NCBI RefSeq assembly: GCF_963506605.1
Contig: NC_083277.1
Location: 88,226,001-88,290,000 of the forward strand
DNA from: Zootoca vivipara
Taxonomy: Eukaryota
Reading direction: 5' to 3'
Length of the DNA: 64,000 nucleotides
The first letter of the stretch is position 1. Every line of letters begins with the position of its first letter. Position numbers and translations under genes: made by a program. Below, in pieces: positions 26,361 through 62,003 of the stretch. The notes below the pieces were generated by a model that saw only the letters and a program-made list of their open reading frames with translations, ran no database searches and was not told where the DNA came from.

Positions 26361-26580
26361 GTAAGTGCTGGGGGGTGATTGTGGGGGTCTGGAGGGGGGT
26401 AGCGCCCCTGAATTCCACTCATGCCCATCCATTCCTTCTGCCTTTGCCATTAGCACAGGAGAATTGACTATGTCAAACTGAATTTCAAATATGCTCATTT
26501 GCTTCCAGTCAGTAATTCATTGTTGGAAGACTCTTTGAAAAGTCACCAGTAAGAAGAGATTTGCACTTTTTGTTTTCCAG

Positions 26581-26628
26581 TACTGGCCGGTGCTGAGTCT
26601 GCGCACTATTCATTTCGTATATCAGGAG
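26581..26628 (+). other. MYH non-coding exon 2
   Basis: Acceptor ttttgttttccag|, donor GAG|gtaaga; similar to exon 2 of the next gene (TGGCCGGTGCTGAGTCTGC vs TGGCCAGCCTCAAGTCTGC). Confidence 0.7.
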
Positions 26629-27330
26629 GTAAGACTGTGATTGTACCCATTCTTGGGGAAGGGGGAAGAGGTTCAAAGAAAGTCTCCTTTTGGCTGAGAA
26701 TACAGGTGCCGTGCCCCTTGCTAATTATGTACTGCATGAAATATTTCATGGCTATTGTGTTCAGATTTTATTGCACAGTGTCCATGTTAACTGATCCTGC
26801 AGTTCTGGCGTGTGAGGCATTACTAGCAAGTGCTCCTCCCCTCTAAGCACAGGGTAGAAGTTCCAGCTTTTAATTGCCCTCTGTGACATTATCTGATACT
26901 TCCAGAGAAAATCTAATTGCAATATGGGCAACCACCAAAGTGGGCAACAAGTTGGCATCCAGGACAAAGTGAATTCTCTAATGAACACCACTGATGGAAT
27001 CTCTTTGGGAATGTGTACTGGGGTAGACTAGCAGCAATAACACTGTGTTTGACTGTTCCTTTATTTTGGGTTTAGTTTTGAGAAATGATAGTGAAAATCA
27101 TGTCTTGCCTTTTCATTTATTTACATTATTAGTTAATATTATAACATTGGCATCTCTTAACAAATTGAAGTAAAATTTTATAACTGGGACTGTTTGAGAG
27201 CTGCTTTATGATGCATATATTTAGTTCCTCGAGAAGCAGAATCCAAGCGGAAAGGAAGGTAACGTCTAGGGCTAACCATGAGCTTCCATCAGAATACAAC
27301 AGTTAGGATTTCTGATGCACAACCAAGAGT

Positions 27331-27695
27331 AATAATAATAATAATAATAATATATTATTTATACCCCGCCCATCTGGCCGGGTCTCCCCCGCCACTCTGG
27401 GCAGTTTCCAACACACATCAAAATATATTAACATATCACAGACTAAAAACATCCCTAAACAGGGATGCCTTTAGGTATTTTCTAAATGTCAGGTAGCTGT
27501 TTATCTCTCTGACCTCTGATGGGAGGGCGTTCCACAGGGCAGGTGCCACTACCGAGAAGGCCCTCTGCCTGGTTCCCTGTAGCTTTGCTTCTCGCAGTGA
27601 GGGAACTGCCAGAAGGCCCTTGGCGCTGGATCTCAGTGTCCGGGCTGAATGATGGGGGTGGAGATGCTCCTTCAGGTATACTGGACTGAGGCCAT
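27331..27695 (-). mobile_element. L2-type LINE 3' end in MYH intron 2
   Basis: Reverse complement of the same family as 18130-18565, with (TAA)n tail. Confidence 0.8.
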
Positions 27696-29254
27696 ATACT
27701 CATCAATCAACAAGATAAGAGAGGGAAATGGAAGTTAACAGGGAGGGTGGCAGCTTAGTGTTTTGTATGAACAGGTCCATGGTTCAATCCATGGCATCTT
27801 CAGGTAGGGCTGGGGGAGATGCCTGTTTCAAATCCTGGAAAGCTGCTGTCTCTTTGTAAATATAATACTGAACTTGATGCACCAATGGTTGAGCTCCGTA
27901 TGAGGCAGCTTCCTGGGTTACTATGATGATTGGAGGCTAAATACAAGCAAGCAAGCTGGAGCTGGGAGCCAAAGAAACATATTCAGCTAGAGGCAGGAGG
28001 ACAGAACAGCTTAAAATTAGAGCAAGAAATTCAGAGGGGAAACAAATTCAATATGTTCCTAAAATCCAGTTTGTCTTGCAAACTTTCAAATTCATTTTCT
28101 AGCTGCTTGAAAGTATTGGTGCAATCATGAAAAGAAATAAAAGAGCCATTCATAATTGAGTTGAGGTGCTGTGTCAGAGTCGGATTGGACACTAGCACTG
28201 CTCAGCGGGTGCAGTGACCCCTTCTGCTCACCGAATGTGTGGGCAGATGGCAGTCAGTGGGAGGCCCTGAAATGGTGCTTTCTGTTGGCTGGCAAGTGGG
28301 AGGGCCTAAGCTGTCATGGGATCCATTGGATCCCATGCCAGACCCACTGCTGGCAAGTGCCCATCCTCTGTCCCCCAGAGGGCCCAATACCTACACGAGC
28401 TCCACAAATGAGAGGTCATAAAAGGATGTTGACAAGATGTTGCGCCTCCTCCTGCCACAGAAGGGTAAATTCAGGGAATATGGGCTAACATTTTGATGCC
28501 CACAGTGTTGTGTAGACACACAAAAAAAGTATGTCCATAAATGAGAAACAGTGGTGCCACAATAAACATTCACTTGGCATCACCCTTAATTTTGGCTCTA
28601 ATTCTGTTGGCATTCAACCACCTGAGTTCCGTATTAGAGGGAACAAGTGGGGCTTGCAAAAAAAATTTTTTTTTACTGTAATTTCTCTTTTAGAATGAGC
28701 ACTCCACCTTAGGCTTCTACCCAGCCATTTACTCCCAGCAGTGCATTTCACTCTTCTTCCTCCCCAACCAGTTTTCTGTTCCCCTTAACAACTGACACTT
28801 AACATTCTCACTAGCTTCTTTTGGAACTTTTTTGCCTCCTTAGGCTTTTTAAAAAGCTCCCCTGCCCCACTTCTGCAAATGTTGATGTTCAACCAAGCAT
28901 GCTTCTACCACCTTGTTTCTAATGGCCATCTTTGTCACTAGTCCTGTTGGCACACACCACCTGAGCTTGCTACCGGACTGCTGTGATGATGATGAAGTTC
29001 TATGGAGTACCATGACACAAAACTTTCTGCAAATTGTGCCAAGTTGCAATACAGATCTTTCACAGATGTTGGCTGCCCCATTAATTTTGATAAATCGACC
29101 AATCCATAAATTTGTTCATTTCTTTGCTTGAATGAGTGGGGAAACTTAATGTTTGTTCTGATCTTACAACTTCTAAACTTTGATGGATTGGCATGATCAG
29201 TTTGGGGAATCAACATAATGTGACTGTGGTCACCTAGTAGAGCACCCAGATATA

Positions 29255-30285
29255 GCAGACCCAGGATGGGAGAGTGCTAGAGTCCTAGTGCTCATCAAGT
29301 TGCATGGGATCAGTTCCAATCTGTTACCTCCAAGGATGTGGACAGGCTGCTTGGACGAGTGAAACCAACCACCTGTCTCCTTGATCCTTGCCCATCCTAG
29401 CTCATAAAAATGAGCCGGGAACAGCTGGGTGGGGTGGTGAATACCTCCCTCTGTGAGGGAGTCTTTCCAGACTAGCTTAAAGAAGTGGTTATTAAGATTG
29501 AAGTTGAATCCCGGCAGGACAGAAGTACTGTTTTGGGGGGACAGAGAGTGGGCAGGTGTGGAGGACTCCCTAGTCCTGAATGGGGTAACTGTGCCACTGA
29601 AGGACTAGATGTGCAACCTGGGAGTCAATTTGGACTCACAACTCTCCATGGAGGTGCAGGTCAATTCTGTGTCCAGGGCAGCTGCCTACCAGCATCACCT
29701 GGAACAATGGCTGACACCCTACCTGCCCACAGACTGTCTCACCAGAGTGATGCATGCTCTGTTTTCTCCCACTTGGACTATTGCAATGCACTCTACATGA
29801 GGCTACCTTTGAAGCTGACTCAGAATCTACAACGAATCCAGAATGTGGCAGCTAGACTGGTGACTGGGAGTGGCCACCGGGACCATACGACACTGGTCCT
29901 AAAGGACCTTCATTGGCTCCCATTGTGTTTCTGAGCAAAATTCAAAGTGTTGGTGTTGACCTTTAAAGCCCTAAACGACCTTGGCCCAATATATCTGAAG
30001 GAGTGTTTCCACCCCCATCACTCAGATCAGACACTGAGGTCCTCCTCTGAGGGTCTTCTGCTGGTTCCCTCACTGCAAGAAGCAAAGTTGCAGGGAACCA
30101 GCCAGAGGGCCTTCTTGGTAGTGGTGCCCTCCTGTGGAACACCCTCCTTTCAGATGTCAAGGAGATAAAGAACTATACAACTTTTAGAAGACATCTGAAG
30201 GCAGCCCTGTTTCGGGAAGTTTTTTATGTTTGATTTTTTTATGTTTTAATATATGCTGTAAGACACCCAGAGTGGCTGGGGAAAC

Positions 30286-30322
<37 letters not shown>
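29255..30322 (+). mobile_element. L2-type LINE ORF2 fragments with (TAA)n end, MYH intron 2
   Basis: LDYCNALYMRLPLK...LQRIQNVAARLVTG...LKDLHWLP; internally deleted. Confidence 0.8.
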
Positions 30323-30324
<2 letters not shown>

Positions 30325-30501
30325 CATAATTTCAAATATATTGACATACTTAGTACTCATGTGCCTCCTCAACAATTTCCTCTACTTATAAGACATACCA
30401 ATATTAGAAATGCAAGAGAATATATACAGTGGCATTACACAGCTGCAATTTTCATGTGAGCTGTCTTTCTCTGTAACAGTGTTCTCTGCTAAGCTGCAGC
30501 C

Positions 30502-54019
<23,518 letters not shown>

Positions 54020-54117
54020 GCTCACCAAAGAGATGTAGAGTGACTGAAGAGAAGCACAAAATGTGAAGCTCTTTGTCACTTCCTGTAACTAATGTTTATT
54101 CCCCTCACTGTTTAGAA

Positions 54118-54123
54118 AATAAA
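54118..54123 (+). terminator. Polyadenylation signal of the MYH gene
   Basis: AATAAA about 100 nt after the stop, downstream of the MYH 3'UTR motif CACAAAATGTGAA. Confidence 0.8.
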
Positions 54124-54643
54124 GATTGTAGATTCCTTTGCATACTAAAAATGGGCATGGCTTTTCATTTTAACTTGCTAGTAAGTATTAGAGACCTGGA
54201 AGGATTGGGCATTTCTGGTGACAGTCTTAACTCTGCCCTATTGTGCATTCAGTTGAACACTGTTCTCAGATTCATGAATATATATGATGACTCTCAGAAA
54301 CATTATTACATAATCAGCGAATCACCATGAAATTGAAGTCTTCTTGCAGTTCACATTAAGCCTTAGTTCTAACCTTTAATCCCTTTGGGTTTGTCTTCAT
54401 GAAGCAAAGGCAGAAAACAAATAAATGAGCAAAATCTTATACATTAGTTTAAGTAAATGGTAACAAAGCACAATGTCATTGTTATATTGAGCCCAGGTGC
54501 TGAACACCAAATGGGATGAACAGGAAAATGTGCAAACATATATTGTAAGCAAGGACCTAAAATTGTGTTTTTTGTTTTACAAGAAAGCACTTTCATGAGA
54601 TGGGTGTATCAACTATTTCTGAACTGTACTGCGTCCTCTAAAC

Positions 54644-55088
54644 CAGTGTTTTTCAACCTTTTTTGGGCAAAGGCACACTTGTTTCATGAAAAAAATCACG
54701 AGGCACACCACCATTAGAAAATGTTAAAAAAAATTAACTCTGTGCCTATATTGACTATATACCGTGTTTCTCATATTATAAGACATGTCTTATATTTATT
54801 TTTTTCCTCAAAAAAACACACTATGACTTATTTTCAAGGGGTGTCTTATTTTTTCCCTCCTCCTCCTGCCGCGGCCGGCATTGCTGCTGCGCCTATCACT
54901 ATGTCTTATTTTCGGGGTATGGCTTATATTCCTTGAATGCTTAAAAATCCTGCTATGGCTTATTTTATGGGTATGTCTTAAAATATGAGAAACAGGGTAT
55001 AAAGTAATTTTTCAATTTTTCCCACGGCACACCAGGCAACATCTCGCGGCACACTAGTGTGCCGCGGAACAGTGGTTGAAAAACACTG
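54644..55088. mobile_element. Second copy of the 206-bp hAT MITE, with a nested element
   Basis: Near-identical to 8572-8777; TSD CTCTAAAC. Confidence 0.92.
54762..54997. mobile_element. Tc1/mariner-type MITE nested in the hAT MITE
   Basis: TIR CCGTGTTTCTCATATT/AATATGAGAAACAGGG; TA duplication shown by comparison with the empty site at about 8683-8690. Confidence 0.88.
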
Positions 55089-56719
55089 CTCTAAACTAAG
55101 AATGAACCTAATGATCACTGACGCTTAACCATATGCAACTCTATGTTGGATTGTGGTAATGCTGTCCAAAGAGTTGTCTTGTCCTTGGGACAAACTGTAA
55201 AGATCAAGGCAGGTTGCCAAGTATGCAAAGGTTCTAAATAAGCGTTTACCTCATATGTAGTCATAAGATATCAAATGCAATTGTATGGAGCTATTAAAAT
55301 CAACAGATGAGTTTTGGTTATAATATTTTTTAAATCACTGATCAATACTATGAAAACTCATGTTAAATAGATTGATTTAAACAAATAAAGAGTGGCTGGG
55401 GGAACCCGGCCAGATGGGCGGGGTATAAATAATAAATTATTAAATTATTATTATTAAAATAATACCAAGAGTATGTTACTTAGTATTCACATAATAGTGT
55501 TATATCAAAGGGATCAACTCTTTTAGGGGTTTATTATCTGGTTCCAAACTGAAAATACATACAATGCAAATGATATAAACTTTGGATGTGAGTTAAACAG
55601 GAAGTAGCACACAAGTGAAGTAGTTCTGAATAAATTGCATGTATTTGGGCAAAAATGTAAATTAACACAACCTATACATTTTGTACAAATCTTATTGGTC
55701 AGAACAGGACTTTCAATTTCCCTCCAGCTGTCCCCTCCCCCCAGCTTCAGAGAGCCCCCCCAAAGCTCCAGAGTAGATTTTGGGGGTACACAGTGGGCTG
55801 TAGTGGGGAGAAGGTGAAGGAGAAACCTTGTGTGGTGGACACCAGTTCACACTATGTTGAATCTCACGCAACATCTATATATTGGGTTTCTGGTAAGTCT
55901 ACTATTAAAACAAATATATATATAAAACTGTCAAAAAAGTTTGCCTTGAAAACTTTGAAAACATAAAATATTTACCAGAACGTCTGCAAGGAAGTACAAA
56001 CGTTATGCAGAACAGACTACTGAACTACCAAATGCTATAACTGGAAGGTATTTTCAATATTGTTTTAAACAGTATGATAATCACACAAAATATAATATAC
56101 CTCTCATTCTTTTTTTGATCAGTTACTAGCTCACTGGATTTTAATTCTGCTTCTGGTTTGGGCCTATATTGAACATACATCCTGATATAGGAGAATAAGT
56201 ATACATTGTGTGTCAAGTGTTCTTAAATTTGAATGATCCAGTGCAGCTGCTGAGTCACCTATCACAACTGTTTTAAACAATGGTTGTATAGGAAAAAATA
56301 CTGTATCATTTCATATGTTGGGTTTTTTCAGGTGGGGGTGGGGGTGGTGCTAATTCACTGTGCAGTCAGTCATGGCAAAAAATAAGATGGCATTAACTGG
56401 GGGGGGCAGGACTCTTTATAATAACCTTGTATAAGAAGTCTGTAAAAAAGGGAAGAAACTTCTAGTAGTTGCCAATTAACTACCAGTAGCTTTTCCATAG
56501 CAAAATGTTAATAGAATCCCTGAAAGACCCTAGAAAAGACATTATTTATATCACCAAAAACATCTGTACTTAAAACTACCCATGCAGGATCTGCAGCAAT
56601 CACTGATGATTTATTACTTAACAGAATTTATGCTTAAGTAATATTTGTATTTTCCTATAAATTAAGCATTTAACCAATAAGTAGTTCTCATCTGTGGTTG
56701 CTTTGTTTTAGCAAATGCT

Positions 56720-56970
56720 TTGTTGTTGTTTAGTCATTTAGTTGTGTCCGACTCTTCGTGACCCCATGGACCATAGCACGCCAGGCACTCCTGTCTTCCA
56801 CTGCCTCCCACAGTTTGGTCACTCATGTTCGTAGCTCTGAGAACACTGTCCAACCATCTCGTCCTCTGTCGTCCCCTTCTCCTTGTGCCCTCCATCTTTC
56901 CCAACATCAGGGTCTTTTCCAGGGAGTCTTCTCTTCTCATGAGGTGGCCAAAGTATTGGAGCCTAAGCTT
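56720..56970 (-). mobile_element. BovB/RTE LINE 3' fragment
   Basis: LKLRLQYFGHLMRREDSLEKTLMLGK...RQRTRWLD; same tail as 15235. Confidence 0.88.
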
Positions 56971-57766
56971 CAGCCAATGCTTTATTGTTTTCAAAGTTGT
57001 TCCTTTCCTTCTTGAAGCTACAAAAAATATTTTTACTCCTTCCATGTTGTTCTGCATACAGTTTTACCATCCCTACTGTCTTATAAATCCTCTCCAAATT
57101 GTTTGCATAGTCACCCATATCCAGGCTGAGGATCATCTAATACCAAGCAGTGCATCGTTGCACTCTCTCCCCCCCCCCCAATCTAAATTATACCAGCACA
57201 AATCAAACAGCCATTGGTTGCACATGTGGGCTTGAAACAAAATACACAAAACTGTAAGAGAGGTCCCTTCCACTTGTTTGATAATATGGTGTTACTGTGG
57301 TTTACGTAGAGTGTGTAGTTCTTGGGTGTGCAAGAAGTGAGAAGCCATCTTAAAGCAATTATCATGTTCACTACCACAGAACCTAAGTCCTATAATGCAT
57401 GTCTCCAAAGCTCTGGGAAATGTTCCCAGTGACCAAGTCATGTTACAACTTTTAGGGGGTGGTCGCAGATTGTGATTAAGGTCAGGGAATGGAACAAAAT
57501 ACCTGGGAAACCTATTCTTACAACTACTAAAACGCCACTGATAGCTAAGTAAGTGGTACAGCTCCTAGTTATCAGCTATCTATCTAAGCAGATGAAAAAA
57601 GACAGGAAGGAGTGACTATTGAAGGCCAAAGGTAGGTGAATGTCAAGCATGAGGGATCTACTTCTTTTCCCTAAAACCTCAAGGTCCACCAACTAGAACC
57701 AAGGGAATAATAGTGGCTCAGAAAGAGGCCAGATGCACACTTAGAATTGAAGATCAGGACATCTCT

Positions 57767-57853
57767 TAAAGACTTAGTTGGTCTTTAAGGTGCTACTGAA
57801 GGAATTTTTTTATTTTACTTCGATCCAGACCAACACGGCTACCTACCTGTAAC
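57767..57853 (+). mobile_element. 87-bp Penelope-like 3'-end insertion
   Basis: Near-identical to the reverse complement of 48941-49023; 12-bp direct repeats CAGGACATCTCT at 57755-57766 and 57854-57865. Confidence 0.85.
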
Positions 57854-59089
57854 CAGGACATCTCTGAATTCAGCATAATTTGTAAATTTGGTTTCAGTTC
57901 CAGAACTTTCCACAGCCCTTGGGGGGGGGGGTGGGACTTGTGATTGTTAAATAATAGCAAAACAGAAATCCTTGTTGATCTACTACACTTCACCCAGAGA
58001 TCTGCCTCTAGATCCTTAACAACATTCTCCTCACCGCTGTTGTAGGCACCCTCCTGGCGTTCCAAAGCAGAACTCCTGGCCTTCCAAACAAGCGGGCAGT
58101 GGCTAGATAAAAATGGAAGTGCAAGGAATTGAATAGCTCCTAGATTGGGTAGGGAGAGTGCAGTGGAGTGATGTTGGGCTTCGTCAGGTATACATCTGGG
58201 GAAGAAGTTAAAAGGAGAACTCAATACACAAGGACTTGGAATAGAATTATATCCAATTGTGGTGTCCCACTTGTGCAACATATTTCTGCATGTGCAAATG
58301 GGACTTACTTTTCCAACCCCCCCTCCCCCCCAAAAACCAATTCTCTGGATGGTTGCAGGAAATTATGGAGCAGATTATGGAATTAACGGTGTTACAGATG
58401 AAGGAGAACTCCCATTTGTATCCACTGGTCCAACAGTGGATCTCACTCATCGAATCCTCAATGCAGCATAAGAGCCTCAGGATTTTTACGTCCGACTGAC
58501 AGCACATTCATTTTTCTGTCACTTTCATCTCCTTCCCAACAACCTTTGCCTTTCAAGACAGGAGTTACCCTTCACAGCCTCTTCATTTGGACTCCATTGC
58601 AGAGCACATGCTCTCTATAACTAAAATTCTAGTCATGGTCCGGAGGGTTTATGAGCACAGTAGTTGTCCAAAACGGTAATCATAGAAGGGATGCCAAGCA
58701 TCTTAAGCCTCCCATTCCTTACCATCATCACGTCTGTTCATCATACACTGCCTGAAAATAGTAGACAGGCTCCCATATTTTCATTAAATGTATTTTAAAT
58801 GCTTCAAGATTTTGGAGACACAAACATTTGCTGTAATAAATTTTGTCAAATCATTTTTTCTAGGTTTTTTTTTAAATGTGTGCATGGTGCTAGTACTAGT
58901 GAGGAAGTTATTTCTCATTTGTCCTCTGCTTACACTTTTAATTGTTTAGCATTCCTAAGTGCAGATTTTTATTTTTATTTTAAATAAAACCTAACCTACA
59001 AAACAAAAATAAATCGTGGGACATGTTAAGTGTGATTTTCTATCTGGATAATTTCACTGAAAATATAAGAAGTCAATGAGTCCAGTAAA

Positions 59090-59279
59090 ATATTTTTAGA
59101 AATGATACAAGCACTTGTAGTAATGGAGTGACTTGAATATTTCTAATCTAAATATATCCAATGAGAATATGAGTAAGAATGATGCTTGCAGTCAACTTTG
59201 CCAAAACAATACTTTGCCAGAAATATTTGACCTGACCTATGCCAGAGGAGGTGCTATTCCCTGAGCAGACCTTATAAAA
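59090..59279 (+). promoter_or_regulatory. Promoter of the next tandem MYH gene
   Basis: MEF2-like ATATTTTTAG 59090-59099, AATATTTCTAAT..ATATATCCA 59136-59160, CAACTTTGCCAAAACAAT 59193-59210, TATAAAA 59273-59279; collinear with the first promoter. Confidence 0.75.
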
Positions 59280-59301
59280 GAGATCCTAGGACCTATCTTG
59301 T

Positions 59302-59336
59302 CTCTGATCTGCCTGCTCTCTGCATACAGCTTCAAG
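59302..59336 (+). other. Next MYH gene, non-coding exon 1 (start approximate)
   Basis: Downstream of TATA, ends CAAG|GTAAGT. Confidence 0.65.
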
Positions 59337-59561
59337 GTAAGTCATGTGCAGAAACAAGGGATGCAGGGAAGGAGTCGAGGCCTGAAATTCTTCACACCCC
59401 ACGTCACTTTGTCACCTCTGGAACTAATCTATATGTGGATAATCAAACCTGCCCTGGAATTCAAACCTGTTCTTTCATCTATTTCTTCTCTCTCACCTAT
59501 ACTTGGAGGTTTTTTTTGGCAGCAATTAAAAGAGGTTCATTTTTATTTATCTTTTTTTCAG

Positions 59562-59602
59562 TGGTGGCCAGCCTCAAGTCTGCATATAACGCCTTGTACA
59601 AG
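59562..59602 (+). other. Next MYH gene, non-coding exon 2
   Basis: tttttttcag| ... CAAG|gtaagc; similar to 26581-26628. Confidence 0.65.
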
Positions 59603-59742
59603 GTAAGCGTGCTAATCCTCATGGCACATTGAGAGTATAATATAAAGTATCAATGCTCTTGAAAAATTATATTTATAATGCAATTTATGCCAATACTAGT
59701 TATGTGTCTAAAATATAATTTGGAAACTGGAATTTTTGTATA

Positions 59743-59970
59743 CAGTGGACGCTCAGGTTGCGAATGTGATCCGTGCGGGATGCACATTCACAACCCACGC
59801 CTGCACACGCACGGGTTGTGATTCAACGCATGCACAAAGTGCGATTTAGTGTTTCTGCGCATGTGCACGAGCTGAACCCGGAAGTAACCTGTTCCAGTAC
59901 TTCCAGGTTCTGTGCAGAGTGCAACCTGAAAAAACATAACCCGCAGTGGACGTAACATGCGGTATGACTG
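59743..59970. mobile_element. Tc1/mariner-type MITE
   Basis: TA|CAGTGGACGCTC ... GCGGTATGACTG|TA. Confidence 0.75.
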
Positions 59971-59997
59971 TAGATGAATTAATGTAGAAAAAGAAAT

Positions 59998-60353
59998 AAA
60001 GGTAAAGGTAAAGGGACCCCTGACCATTAGGTCCCGTCGTGACCGACTCTGGGGTTGCGCGCTCATCTCGCATTATTGGCCGAGGGAGCCAGCGTATAGC
60101 TTCCAGGTCATGTGGCCAGCATGGCAAAGCCACTTTTGGCAAACCAGAGCAGCACATGGAAACGCCGTTTACCTTTCCGCTGTAGCGGTTCCTATTTATC
60201 TACTTGCATTTTGACATGCTTTCGAACTGCTAGGTTGGCAGGAGCTGGGACCAAGCAACGGGAGCTCACCCCGTCACAGGGATTCGAACCGCCGACCTTC
60301 TGATCAGCAAGCCCTAGGCTCAGTGGTTTAACCCACAGCGCCACCTGGGTCCC
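59998..60353 (-). mobile_element. Sauria SINE
   Basis: AAAGGTAAAGGTAAAGGGACCCC tail on + strand; direct repeats AGAAAAAGAAAT at 59986-59997 and 60357-60368. Confidence 0.88.
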
Positions 60354-60799
60354 TACAGAAAAAGAAATGCAAATGTGCAATTTCAAATCAGTGATGATAA
60401 ATAGGAGAGTCAGAGTGGTGTAATGGTTAGAGTGTTGGACTATGACCTGGAGATAGGGCATGTTGAATTTTTCAACATTCAAATCCCCCAAACGTGGGGT
60501 GCTAAAAAGCTGCAACATGACTTGCGAATTCAAAAGATATTTTGGTCACATTAAAATCGGCCAAGAGAGTGACCAACACCTGGCCACTCCCTTAAATAGG
60601 CTGGGGGTGGGCTGCTCGCAGCCCCTAAGCCCCAACCTCCAATTGGCTGAGGGGGCACTGCCCACCCTTACCTGAGGGCCCAACGTGGCAGTGCCAGCCA
60701 TCCTCTCCCTCAGCTGCACCGGAAGATGGTAGCTCCTTGAACCCTCCACAGTCACCCACCTGGAGTCCCAGGTGAGCGGATATTTTGGCTAAATTAATA

Positions 60800-61226
60800 C
60801 AGTGGTACCTTGGTTTAAGTACACAATTGGTTCCGGAAGTCTGTACTTAACCTGAAGCATACTTAACCTGAAGCAAACTTTCCCATTGAAAGTAATGGAA
60901 AGTGGATTAATCCGTTCCAGACGGTCCGCGGAGTACTTAAACCGAAGCGTACTTAACCTGAAGCGAACTTTCCCATTGAAAGTAATGGAAAGTGGATTAA
61001 TCCGTTCCAGACGGGTCCGCGGAGTACTCAACCTGAAGCATACTTAACCCGAAGTATGAGTGTAATTGGTTCTGGAAGTCCGTACTTAACCTAACGCGTA
61101 CTTAACCTGAAGCGAACTTTCCCATTGAAAGTAATGGAAAGTGGATTAATCCGTTCCAGACGGGTCCATGGAGTACTTAAACTGAAAGTACTCAAACCGA
61201 AGCATACTTAAACTGAGGTATGACTG
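60800..61226. mobile_element. Tc1/mariner-type MITE with internal tandem triplication
   Basis: TA flanks; unit ACTTAACCTGAAGCGAACTTTCCCATTGAAAGTAATGGAAAGTGGATTAATCCGTTCCAGACGG at about 60861, 60951 and 61100. Confidence 0.85.
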
Positions 61227-61230
61227 TATA

Positions 61231-62003
61231 CCATATTTTTCGCTCCATAAGACACACTTTTTCCTTCCTAAAAAGGAAGGGGAAATGTCTGTGCGTCTTA
61301 TGGAGCAAAGACACTGGATGGCAATGGGATCCCTTGGCTGCCGCTGCAGTCACCAGCGGAGGGATGCCTCTGCCACTGGAAAGCACCGCTTTCGGGCTGC
61401 CCGTTCCTTCCCACCAGCGACAAAGGGGGTGGGGGAGGAAGGGGCAGCAACTTCCCTCCATGAAGGCAGAGTCTCCCTCCCTGACCCCACACCCCCAGGC
61501 TCCCCTCCGTGAAGGCAGCATCTCCCTCTCTAGCAAAGATGTAGAACTTTTTTTTAGGGGAGCCAAAGTAGCTGAGTTTCTTTGGGGGGGAGCCAATGAT
61601 CTACCAGTGATCTACCACAGACATCCAGTGATCTACTAGTAGATCACGATCTACCTGTTGGACATGCCTGGTTTAGTACATTTGATTCAGATTTTTTTTC
61701 TTGTTTTCCTCCTCTAAAAATTACAGTGGTACCTCAGGTTGAGTACACAATCCATTCCGGGGTGCCGTTCACACCCCGAAAAGTACTAAACCTGAGTGGC
61801 GCTTTAGCGCATGCACGAAGCGCCGATAGAGTGCTTCTGCACATGCACACAGCTCGCAGAACGCTTCTGTGCATGCGCACGCAGCAGAACCCGGAAGTAA
61901 ACAATTCCAGGTCTGCTGAGTACTTAACCCAAAAATTCACACCCCGCAGCGAACGCAACCCAAGGTATGACTGTAGGTGCATCCTATGTAGCGAAAAATA
62001 TGT
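61231..62003. mobile_element. Non-autonomous DNA transposon hosting a hAT fragment (about 61545-61670) and a MITE (61724-61973)
   Basis: TIR-like CCATATTTTTCGCTCCATAAGA / TCCTATGTAGCGAAAAATATG; same family as 32298-32883. Confidence 0.75.

Noticed and set aside
28600-29200. Possible degraded transposase remnant
   Set aside because: No convincing catalytic motif or termini could be read
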